Source: Octopus vulgaris (Eukaryota). Taken from it: DNA of 64,000 nt. Each line of letters opens with the position of its first letter. Within the stretch, counting starts at the first letter, position 1. The DNA lies in the NCBI GenBank assembly GCA_951406725.2, contig OX597827.1, positions 28,706,001 to 28,770,000 of the forward strand, read 5' to 3'. This document shows positions 41,851 to 51,865 of the stretch, one piece after another. The position numbers and the translations under genes were made by a program. Under the pieces are notes generated by a model. That model saw nothing but the letters and a program-made list of their open reading frames with translations. It had not been told where the DNA came from and searched no databases.

Positions 41851-42400
41851 ATAATCTTTATATATATAAAACTGAGAATGTGTGTCTGTCTGCCTGTCTG
41901 TCTGTTTGTTTCCCTAAAACTTGAGAACTACACAACCAATTTCATTCAAAATTTACACATGCCTTACTTAGGGTCCATGTATTTTCATGGGCAAAATAAT
42001 GCTCAACTTCTTCCTAGGGCGAGCCCATAGCAATATCATATCTTCTCCACTATATCAGTATTACGTGTTAAAAGTGAAACAAAAACATTTCTCTATTTTA
42101 TGTCAGATATTTCACTTAAACAATAAAAATAATAATAACAATTGAATTATATGTAGTAAGAAATAATTAAAATCAAACCAGAGTATAATATAATCGTAAC
42201 ATAACAAAAGTAAAAATAGCAATTGGTATAAAATTGCATCAATGACTTGAACTTGAATAAGTGGTTTCACATGAATGGGAATAAATTAAAAATAAAATTA
42301 GCGTGCAGAAATGGAATAGTCTAGATGGATAATAAAATAAATCAAAGAAAAGACTATTGTCTATAAAGTATACAATGTAGAGAAAATAGAAGATTTGAGC

Positions 42401-44327
42401 ACATGGCGGAACGCAAAGAGTGTGTTGGTTAGTTATTTTGCATGTGAAAATTTGGAAAAAAACTGTTAAAAAATTGTCAAAAATTGAATCGCTTGAGGCG
42501 TTTGCCGCTGCGTGTTTGAACCTTTTATAGAAGGTGTGTCGACCCTCAAGTCATGGAGACTTACGCGGGGGTCGCCACAATAAAAAGTGACGAGTCTCTT
42601 AGAATAAGAGAAGTGTTCTTTAGAAAAGAACAATTGAAGGAATACGAGAAGTTCGTCAAAAGGGAGGGTGACAGCGTGAAGCTGGTCCCACCTGTTGAAA
42701 CAATAGAGGAGAGAAATAACAAGACGATAACGTATAGAACGCAAGATAGAAACACGAGAAAACTGGTGAGAGTGACGATTGAAGAAATAGAGAAATGTCT
42801 GGGGGACATCATGAAAAAAGCGACTTTTGTAGACAGAGGAAAGAAATATGGTACGGTGGAGGTGAGATGCGCAACAAAGGAAGTGGCGGCCTCATTGGCT
42901 TCCACTGTCCTGAAAGCCGAAAATTTCACTATGTGGCCGACGTATAAAGGAAGACGAGGGGTACGGGTAAGAGTCCCAAAGGTGCCCCCAGATATTAAAA
43001 CAGAAATGCTGGTAACAGCCATTATTGGAGCAGCAAAGGAGGAAGTAGAAATAGGGTCAATCAAGGAGACGAACGTTGTAAATTGGAAGGGATTCGGAGT
43101 AGAGTTGTGGCTGATGGCCACAATGGAAGACATCGAAAGATTTCCCTTCCAAATAGAAATAGAAAACGAGAAAACAATTAGTGTAATAGTGGAGGGCAGA
43201 AAACCGAATTGCTACCTGTGCGGATCAAGAGGGCACATAAAAGGAATGTCCGCTGTATGAATTCACAGCGGAGCAAAAAGAGACACAAAGTGGAGAGAAG
43301 GAAAACGAACACGAAGGAAAGAACAGCGAAAACAAGGAAAAGGAAATAACGGAGAAACAACAAGAGAAGGGAAGTAACAGCGCACTGAAGGAAAATGAAA
43401 ACAAAGGGAAGAAGATAGTAGAAAAGGAGCAAAATTCACAGGGTGCAGAAGTAGTGGAGAAGGAGCCAAGGCAGAAGCAAGAGAAAGAAAAGGAAAGTAC
43501 ATTAAAGGAAAGAGAAAAAGCAGGAAAAGAACAAGAGAAGGAACAGAACCAAGAGAAAGGAAAAGATGGTATGCAAAAAGGAAAAGAAACAACAGGAAAG
43601 GAACATAAGGCACAGGGTAGAGAGACGGCAGACAAAGAGCCAAAAAGACAAGAGAAGGAAAAAGAAAGAAGAGAAAGCAAAAAGAGAGAAAGAGAGAAAC
43701 CGAGGGAGGAGAAAAAAGAGGAAGTAAGTCCTAAGAGAAAAACTAGAGAAAACGTAGGTGCGAATAGAAAATTCAAATACTATGGAACGTTGATCCATCA
43801 CAGGCACTGTGAGGAGATGGAAGATTTAATAAACGTAACAAATGGATATACGTGGGTCAGGATGGGCACCGAATGGAAAGAAACAGGTGCACTCGTCCAC
43901 GAGAACGACGCTGAGGCGTTCATCGAGGCAGCTGGCAGGAACGTGACAAAACATATGAAATGCCGACTTACAAGGTGGACACGAACGATGGAAATTTACC
44001 ATGATTTGGTAGAGATAATGGAGTATATATAAAAGAAAAGGTATTGTGAAAACTTTAATTTGGAAATGATAAAAAGAACTTTAAATTCTGGAAAAAAAAA
44101 AATGTTGAACTTTGTAAAATTTTTGAAATGTATGTTGAAAATGTGTAAAATGTTTTTATTTGGAAAATATTGTTGACGAATAAAAAACAAATGACGAAAT
44201 GTAACCGCTCGATTTCGGGGATCGAGTGGGCATTACACCACATTGTACAAACTTCATAATTCATTATTCATTTTTCCCCATTGTATTGTCCCATCTATGT
44301 TCGCCCCTAGTGGGTAATAATAAAACA
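42401..44327 (+). mobile_element. ORF1-only non-autonomous Tx1/L1-like element (unit A)
   Basis: Shares the head ACATGG.GGAACGCAAA and the 3' tail with the downstream LINE; encodes only a Gag-like ORF1. Confidence 0.75.
42553..44032 (+). CDS. Gag-like ORF1 protein (CCHC knuckle, long Lys/Glu-rich region); one frameshift near 43243
   Basis: RGKKYGTVEVR and VEGRKPNCYLCGSRGHIK/ECP; a +1 shift joins ORF 42553-43260 to the stop-free frame ending at 44032. Confidence 0.75.
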
Positions 44328-44553
44328 ACATGGAGGAACGCAAATCGCGTGTGTAGTGAGTTATTATATTTTTCCTTAGTGTATATTTTCTCCGTTATAT
44401 TCTACTGTGTGTCTAATTGTCTTTGTTTTTTGTTGTACAACTGTTGAAGTCAACCTTCGTGCGAGGGCTTCGTGTTGGTGTTCCCCCCTCCGTGGGGGAA
44501 AAACTATCATTATTGCGGCTTGTGCCAAGGGCTTGTTAAGCCAGTTGCTCGAG

Positions 44554-45836
44554 ATGGAATCCCCCATCTCATATTCCCCTGTGACTAGTGAAGCAGAATC
44601 ACCGGCGGTGTCGCCAATGAAAAAAGATATTGCAGCTCCAGCGAAAAAATTTTCAGAAGTAGCTGGCAAGAAAATCAAAAAAATAAACGTCGAAGACCTA
44701 AAGAAATATGCGGACTGTGTGACAAAAGAGGGCACGGAAGTGACAGTGGTCACAAACGCCCCAAAACAGGAAGAAATTGCTAAAAGAATAATAATTTATA
44801 AGACCTTTAATGATACAAAAAATTGAGGAAAAAAAAATCGAAAATTGCTTAAAACCAATAATGGATAAGATCACATACATCAATAGAGGAAAGAGATACG
44901 GCACAGTGGAGGTGCGATTCACAACAGAGGAGATAGCTAAAAAAACTATCTATGGAGCCAATAAAAGCGGAGAACATTGTTCTCCTCCCCCTGTATAGAG
45001 GAAAAAGAACATCAAAAATCACCATGAATAATATTCCGCCAGAAGCGGATGCCGAATGTCTGGTGGCAGCAGTTATGGTAGGCCTGGAGGGAAAAATAAA
45101 CATCCTCCAGGCCACAGTAGAGGAAGAAGAATTCTGGAAAGGACAGCGGATAATAATAGCCATCCAGGCAGAAATTCAAACATTGGAGGAGATTCCAGAG
45201 ACTCTAAAAATAAGCGAAGAAGATAGAGTAATAGTTTTCGTAGAGGGCAGAAAGCCGAGGTGCTTCGGCTGCGGCAAGAAGGGGCATGTAAGGGCGAAAT
45301 GCCAACCCCAACCCAAACCGCAGGAAGCAGCTCAGCCAGGTGGAAAAGAAGAAGTGTCACCAGTAGCAGCGTCGGGCGGCCCAGAAGGGACGGCTGAAGG
45401 TGTGGAGGTGACAGAGGCAGCGGAGCCAGCGACGGAGGAAAAAAAGAGCGAGGTAACGAAAAATGAGGAGGGGTGGTCAAAAATTACTAGAAAAAAAAGA
45501 AAAACTGAAACCACCCCTCCCAAAGTGATCATAAAGAAGAAAAGAGAGTCGATGAACTTATTTATGGCCGTTAAGGCATCGAACAACAGACTCGGGAATG
45601 TGTTGGCAGCTATGGCCAAAGTGGAAAAAATAGGAAAAAAAAATGACTATATAGTGTACAGAATAGGCCGGAAGGATTACGGACGGATAAAGTCCGAATT
45701 CTTTCATGACGTGGGCCCGCTCAGAATGGATATAACATCTCCATATATATTCGAGGGCCTGCGTCAGACTCCCCCACGAGGCCCAGAAAAAGAGACAAAC
45801 AAAGAAGAAAAAGAAAAAAACGAACCACTGATATAA
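44554..45836 (+). CDS. ORF1 Gag-like nucleic-acid-binding protein; two frameshifts at A-runs (about 44820 and 44942)
   Basis: RGKRYGTVEVR; VEGRKPRCFGCGKKGHVRAKC (CX2CX4HX4C); homologous to the unit A ORF1. Confidence 0.8.
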
Positions 45837-45844
45837 AGTAAGTA

Positions 45845-48800
45845 ATGGATTACATTTATGTTGGTTGTTTAAATGTGCGCGGCCTGGGATCAGGCTGGAA
45901 GCAAGGTCGCTTCCTGCATGATATCAGGTCGAGTAATTTAGATGTTATTGTTGCTACAGAAACCCGGTTAGAGGGGCCAAGAGGTCTACTCCCGCTGTTT
46001 GACGGCTACGAGAGTTTTTTCTCTCCTGGCAGTCCTACAGGCGGGGGTGGGGTGTTGGTCCTATTAAAAAGAAACCGGGTTTCTGAGAAAAAGTTAATTT
46101 TTGCAGATCCAGAAGGTAGGCTGGTCGTCATGGATTTGACGTTCAGTAACGGTAAAGTTATCAGACTGGTTGCAATTTACGCACCCAACCATAGAGGGCA
46201 AAGTGATTATTTTCGTGAACTGGAAAACTTTCTTGGTACTTCGCATTCATTAGTTGTGCTAGGAGACTTTAACACAATTTGCAAAGCGGATGTAGATTGT
46301 GTTAGCTCGCGTCCAGATAGAAAAGGTAACAGTGGCTTCATGGAACTGCTAAGCCGCTTTGAGCTAGCAGATCCTTATAGGCTGGAATTTCCGAACGCTC
46401 CATTGTGGACATGGTCAAACAGCGACGGATCTTCCAGGTCATATTTAGATAGAATACTAATTAGAAAAGTAGACAGAAATATAGCTAAGTGTCCACAGTT
46501 TTACCTGGTCAGCTACAGTGATCATAAAATGGTCACCTGTAAGCTTGACATAGATAAGGTTAAAAATAGAGGATCCGGTTACTGGAAACTTAATACGTCC
46601 CTTTTGGCGATTAAGGAGTACAAAGACCGGATTAGGACTATAATTCAGAGGGCACTCTCTGGTACCATCATTAATAACAAATGGTGGTACGCCCTCAAAC
46701 GAGCCATCAAATTCGAGTCAATTAGATATAGCATAGGAGTAGTGGCTAGAGAGGCTAGGAGGGAAACTACTCTAGTTAAGGAATTAGAGGAAGCCTTGAA
46801 AACTGGCTCCGCGGCTCAGGTGACGTCCAAGAGACTGGTGTTAAACCAGCACCTCGAGGCCAAACACATGGGCTGCATTGTCAGGGCTAGGATCCGCCAT
46901 ATGGGTTGTGAAGGAATCAACGCCGTGAGATGGGTGGAAGCTCAGCATGGTAACGATGCCACGATTCGATCTTTGACGAACCAACAAGGTGAGTTGATAA
47001 ACGAGCCCGAGGAGATGTGTGAGGCCTTTCAGGAGCACTTCGCTCAGCTTTTCGGTGAGTGCGGCGGACTGGATAGGAGAAGGGCCTTTACGGACCTCCT
47101 CGACGGGCTGCCGCGCTTATCGGGGCGAGATGCGGAGGGCTGTGAAGGGCCAATCACGCCTGGGGAGGTGGTTGAGGCGATGGCGGACTGCGGCGCGGGC
47201 AAGGTGCCGGATTTAGATGGTCTACCCTATGAGTTATATAAGAGTATGCCAGACTTGTTCGGGCACCTACTGGCGGAGGTCTATGCGAACTGGCAGCAGA
47301 ACGGGCTCATACCCAGATCTGTGCGCCGGGGAGTAGTGACACTCGTCAGAAAGGACCCGAGCAAGGGGGAGTGCATTGATAATTTTAGGCCCATCACTCT
47401 GCTAAACACAGAGTTGAAGATTTTGGCCAAAGTGTTATCGAAAAGATTGGCGCGTGTCGCGGATGGTCTGATCGGGGAGGTACAGACATGTGCCGTTCCG
47501 GGCAGAACCATTCAGGATAATCTCCATCTTATGCGGTACACTATAGAGGGGTTTAATAGCGATTCTGGCAAGGGTGGGGCACTGGTCCATTTAGACCAAT
47601 CTAAAGCATTTGATAGGGTCGACCATCGCTACCTGGTATCTGCCCTGGCACAGTTCGGGCTGAGCCTCGGCTTCCTCAGGTGGATTATCCAAATTTACGA
47701 CAACATCGACTCGGTAGTTCGGGTGAACGGCTTCTTGTCGAAGCCGTTCAACGTCAAACGCTCGGTTCGTCAAGGGTGTCCGCTCTCCCCGCTTTTGTAT
47801 GTGATGGCTCTTGAGCCATTACTGCGAAAACTGAGCGGCATCCCGAGACAGCCAGGTAGTGGAAAATCGGTGTCAGCGTACGCGGATATCACCATCATCG
47901 TAACCGAAATGGACCACATACGTAAAGTAGGCAAGGCCATAGAGGTTTACGAGACGGTGACAGGAGCAAAAGTTAATCGCGAAAAGTCAGTCGGCTTGCA
48001 ACTCGGCACCTGGAGAGGCAAGTCGATGCCTCCTGACAGCGTCGTGGGACGTTTGACGGAGGGTCCGATTAAGTTGCTAGGGGTTTGGTTCGGTCCAGAC
48101 CTCCAAATAGAGAAGAATTGGGGCGAGGTATCGAGCAGGGTGGCTGCAGTAACCAAGACCTGGTCTTGGCGGTGGCTATCCCTGAAAGGGAGGGCGGAGG
48201 TAGCCAATGTGTTTATCGCATCGGTTATCACCTACCGCCTTTCCGTCGTTCCTTGCCCTGATTCGTGGTTGATCAAGTTGGAAAGACAGCTCTTCTACTT
48301 CTTGTGGAAGGGCGGGAAACCACTTGTGAAACGCTCTACTTGCTGTCAACAACCGTTAAAGGGTGGGCTAGGGATGCCTTGGCTGATGATGCGCAGACAT
48401 GCGCTGAGGTTAAGACATCTGTGGCTCTACCTGGATGGTGAACGGGTGTGGTCTCCGCTAGCAAAACTGATGTTTCCCAAGTTCACTAGTTTCGGTGGAT
48501 GGGAAACCTGGCTGAATCGTAGATCGAAACTAGGCACATGGTACACGGAGTGTCGCAAGGCTCTCCTGCTATTCCGTCGCTCGTGCAACGCCTGCGGTGG
48601 GGGTTCCACCACATTCTTCTATAGAGGGTTGGTAGAGGCGGAATGTGAAGATACCTTGGGGGAAACCCTAGGTCTCGACGATAATCAGCTGGCCAGTCTG
48701 TTCCGACGTACGTTCGAGCCGAAGACACTGGACAACTTCCAGAAGTCTCTGGCATGGCAATGCTACAGAGGAGCTCTACCTGTTCGGGATAAACTCGCAA

Positions 48801-49228
48801 GGCACGGTGGCCAAGACAATCCAATATGTCCAAGATGCGAGCGGGATAGGGAAACCGTCCCGCACGCTATTGTTCATTGTTCGGACGTGTCTGAGGTGTG
48901 GGTTTATGCCGAACAGCTGTTGTCAAGCACACGAAGAGTACAGCTGTCGACTGAATCGATTACAAAAATTGACCCACCAGATTTCCTCGCGAAAGAAGGT
49001 AAGAATTGTTTTCTCGTAGTAGTAGCAATTGCGAAAGAGGTGATATGGAAGACGAGAATGAAAGGTTTACAGTCAGGCAAGTTCATCTCCAACCCTGGTT
49101 TGATGAATTATTTCATCTTTCACCTGAAAAGGAAGATAGGGCTGGAGAGAATATGCCTGACTAGGAGAGTGTATGAAGAACGATGGAAAAATGTAGCACG
49201 AAAGTTGCGAATGGATGTTACCACATAA
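45845..49228 (+). CDS. ORF2: APE endonuclease, reverse transcriptase and C-terminal Cys/His domain (Tx1/L1 clade), 1127 aa
   Basis: LNVRGL, ATET, IYAPN, GDFN, SYLDRI, SDH (APE); GYWKLN; FRPITLLN, LDQSKAFDRV, VRQGCPLSPLLY, YADI (RT); CPRC...ET..H..VHC. Confidence 0.95.
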   Translation: MDYIYVGCLNVRGLGSGWKQGRFLHDIRSSNLDVIVATETRLEGPRGLLPLFDGYESFFSPGSPTGGGGVLVLLKRNRVSEKKLIFADPEGRLVVMDLTFSNGKVIRLVAIYAPNHRGQSDYFRELENFLGTSHSLVVLGDFNTICKADVDCVSSRPDRKGNSGFMELLSRFELADPYRLEFPNAPLWTWSNSDGSSRSYLDRILIRKVDRNIAKCPQFYLVSYSDHKMVTCKLDIDKVKNRGSGYWKLNTSLLAIKEYKDRIRTIIQRALSGTIINNKWWYALKRAIKFESIRYSIGVVAREARRETTLVKELEEALKTGSAAQVTSKRLVLNQHLEAKHMGCIVRARIRHMGCEGINAVRWVEAQHGNDATIRSLTNQQGELINEPEEMCEAFQEHFAQLFGECGGLDRRRAFTDLLDGLPRLSGRDAEGCEGPITPGEVVEAMADCGAGKVPDLDGLPYELYKSMPDLFGHLLAEVYANWQQNGLIPRSVRRGVVTLVRKDPSKGECIDNFRPITLLNTELKILAKVLSKRLARVADGLIGEVQTCAVPGRTIQDNLHLMRYTIEGFNSDSGKGGALVHLDQSKAFDRVDHRYLVSALAQFGLSLGFLRWIIQIYDNIDSVVRVNGFLSKPFNVKRSVRQGCPLSPLLYVMALEPLLRKLSGIPRQPGSGKSVSAYADITIIVTEMDHIRKVGKAIEVYETVTGAKVNREKSVGLQLGTWRGKSMPPDSVVGRLTEGPIKLLGVWFGPDLQIEKNWGEVSSRVAAVTKTWSWRWLSLKGRAEVANVFIASVITYRLSVVPCPDSWLIKLERQLFYFLWKGGKPLVKRSTCCQQPLKGGLGMPWLMMRRHALRLRHLWLYLDGERVWSPLAKLMFPKFTSFGGWETWLNRRSKLGTWYTECRKALLLFRRSCNACGGGSTTFFYRGLVEAECEDTLGETLGLDDNQLASLFRRTFEPKTLDNFQKSLAWQCYRGALPVRDKLARHGGQDNPICPRCERDRETVPHAIVHCSDVSEVWVYAEQLLSSTRRVQLSTESITKIDPPDFLAKEGKNCFLVVVAIAKEVIWKTRMKGLQSGKFISNPGLMNYFIFHLKRKIGLERICLTRRVYEERWKNVARKLRMDVTT

Positions 49229-49470
49229 ATGTAAAACCGGACGAAACCAAAGTATCAGTGGGGAGACGGGGCTCGTGGGGTCCGAGCTAAACCCGCTCCC
49301 ACTCCATCCGTAATGTCTTCCGGTCTGTTCTCCATTCGATTTTTTATATTTTGTAATTTTTTGTAAATTTTTAAAATTCGCTTTGTTGTAAAACCCATTC
49401 GTGTATCTGACCCCATCATCAGATTGTATTGTCCCATCTATGTTCGCCCCTTGTGGGTAATAATAAAACA

Positions 49471-49790
49471 ACATGGAGGAAAGCACCTTCGAAAAGTGTC
49501 TTTGTGCGACTATGAAAGATATCTAATCAGAGGCGGTAAAGTCGCCACAATAGAAGCAAGGTTCGAGTCAACGGAGCGTGCAAGGGAGTATTCGACTCGA
49601 ACTTGCAAAGTGGAATTATATTTTACTTTTCCCTTTATATCTGGGACGTAGGACGTCCGGAAAAAAATTTTTAATGCATCCCCCCACCCCAGAAGTAGAG
49701 GTAGGCTGTATTGTAGCCACGCTTCTATACAAGAGGGAGGGCAAGATACAATTGATCGAAATTACAAGAGACGGGCTAACAATTCCAGTC
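49471..49790 (+). pseudogene. Third Tx1-like unit (C): head motif plus a deleted, frameshifted ORF1 fragment
   Basis: ACATGGAGGAAAGCA head; IRGGKVATIEARF...LLFPLYLGRRTS...PEVEVGCIVATLL..EGKIQL aligns with ORF1 of units A and B. Confidence 0.7.
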
Positions 49791-50149
49791 TGTTATATAT
49801 TTTGAGTATTGTTATCACTAGCGATATCAACATATAACTTTGTATTTCGTATTTTATGTGTAGATGTATATATATAGAAGTACATGTAATATGTACACAT
49901 ATATATACACATATATACATGCACTAGCACTATGACCCGGCAAGGCCGGGTCTTTAATGCTAGTATATATATATATATATATCATCGACCGCATATACTC
50001 AATGCTTGTTTTCTTGTTCGTTGGTTCGCTGCGTACATCGCTCTAGAGACGACTCCTGCATAACACTGGATGTTAGAATACCTGAAAGTCATATGCAAGT
50101 GAGACACCATGCTTCCAGTCCCATCCAAGGGTGGTGGATACCGACATTT

Positions 50150-50276
50150 CGCTGCTTTCAGTTTTCGTCCACTTACAAGACTTTGGTCGACCCGGTGATG
50201 TTATAGAAGACCAGCTGTGGGACTGAACCGGAAACCATGTAGCTGGCAAGCAAACTTTTTTACCACACAGCTACGT
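50150..50276 (-). mobile_element. SINE family 3, head fragment
   Basis: GTGGGACTGAACCGGAAACCATGT...ACCACACAGC. Confidence 0.7.
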
Positions 50277-50336
50277 CTATACATTTACATACACGCTCAT
50301 ATTTAAGTTGAGGCACACACACTCATATGTGTGTGT

Positions 50337-50435
<99 letters not shown>

Positions 50436-51041
50436 GTGTGTGTGTTGTGCATATATGCAGGTATTTATACATATATATTTGACACGTTATCTCGTTTGGA
50501 ATTTCTGTATCGATAATTTTTACGTAAACTAAACACTAGACGCAGAAATCCACAGGTTAAACAAACAGCAATTCATGAACGGGTATTTTGAAAAACTATT
50601 GGACAAAGAGTCATGGAACAACACAAGTAGAATAACAACAACAGCAACAACGAAATAAAAGGAAATAAACCTAAAATTCGACAGACACCAAACCTATTAA
50701 ATATGCACAAATCATACGCCAAGTGAATGATATAAATCAAATGAACACCAACCGCAGAATAGGTGAGCACATGATCAGAAACCCACGTAAACCAAGAAAG
50801 AAAACGTGTTACAACAAACTATATATTAACGTGAGTAATATACTATTAAAACAACTGAAATTAAAAACTTTCTGAAGAATAATAAATCAGAAACTTGTAA
50901 ACCCAGGAGCCGGTGACTAACGACCAATGTGGTTTATAGATTTCTATTGTAAACGTGTAGGTTGTAAATTTCATGACTATGGCTGCTATTCTGGCAGTAA
51001 ATTCAGTTGCATACTATGGGGTTGCAGAGTAGAGGAAACGA

Positions 51042-51865
51042 GGCGGCGAGCTGGTAGAAACGTTAGCACGCCGGACGAAATGCTTAGCGGCATTTCGTCT
51101 GCCGTTACGTTCTGAGTTCAAATTCTGCCGAGGTCGATTTTGCCTTTCATCCTTTCGGGGCCGATTAAAGAAGTACCAGTTACGCACTAGGGTCGATATA
51201 ATCGACTTAATCCGTTTGTCTGTCCTTGTTCGTCCTCTCTATGTTTAGCCCCGTGTGGGTAGTGAAGAAATAGGTATTTCGTTTGCCGTTACGTTATGAG
51301 TTCAAATTCCTCCGAGGTCAACTTTGCCTTTCATCCTTTTGGGGTTGATAAATTAAGTACCAGTTACGCACTGGGGTCGACGTAATCGACTTAATCCGTT
51401 TGTCTGTCCTTGTTTGTCCTCTCTATCTTTAGCCCCTTGAGGGCAATAAAGAAATAAGAAATGTTAACACGCCGGACAAAATGCTTAGAGTCCGTCTTTA
51501 AGTTTTTGAGTTCAAATTTCACCGAGGTTGACTTTGTCTTTCATCCTTTCGGGGTCGATAAATTAAGTACCAGTTGCGTACTGGGGTAGATTTCATCAAC
51601 TTGTTCACTCCCTTAAAATTTCGGGCCTTGTACCTCGAGCACAAAAGAATATTCATACAGGAAACAAGGTGGTGAGGTGGTAGAATTGTTAACACGCCAG
51701 AGTCCGTCTTTAAGTTCTGAGTTCAAATTCCACTGAGATCGACATTGTCTTTTGTCCTTTCAAGGTCGATAAAATAAGTACCAGTTTATACATGGGTCGA
51801 TGTAATCGATTAGCCTCCCCTCTGGACCTTGCTGGACTTGTGCCAAAAAAATTTGAAATCGATAT
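51042..51865 (+). mobile_element. SINE family 2 cluster: two Tx1-tailed units, one alternative-tail unit, then a fourth copy
   Basis: Units start at 51042, 51273, 51458 and about 51668. Confidence 0.85.

Larger units (their letters stand above)
44328..49470 (+). mobile_element. Near full-length Tx1/L1-clade non-LTR retrotransposon (unit B)
   Basis: 5' UTR, ORF1, 8-bp spacer, ORF2, 3' UTR ending GCCCCTTGTGGGTAATAATAAAACA. Confidence 0.92.
41855..49963 (+). mobile_element. Non-autonomous Helitron (termini) enclosing a Tx1-like retrotransposon array
   Basis: A|TCTTTATATATATAAAA..(TGTC)n 5' end; 3' hairpin GACCCGGC-AAG-GCCGGGTC (49934-49952), 7-nt spacer, CTAG|T; no TSD. Confidence 0.75.

Noticed and set aside
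42466-49092. Minus-strand ORFs over the Tx1 array
   Set aside because: Antisense shadows of the purine-rich ORF1/ORF2.
42370-49815. Target-site duplication or known Tx1 target (U2 snRNA, 5S, tRNA) around the array
   Set aside because: Only a TTTGAG 6-mer is shared between flanks, and no recognisable snRNA/rRNA sequence is present.
51042-51865. Regularly recurring about 200-bp repeats resembling an array
   Set aside because: Tandem SINE units with no unique spacers; eukaryotic context, not CRISPR.
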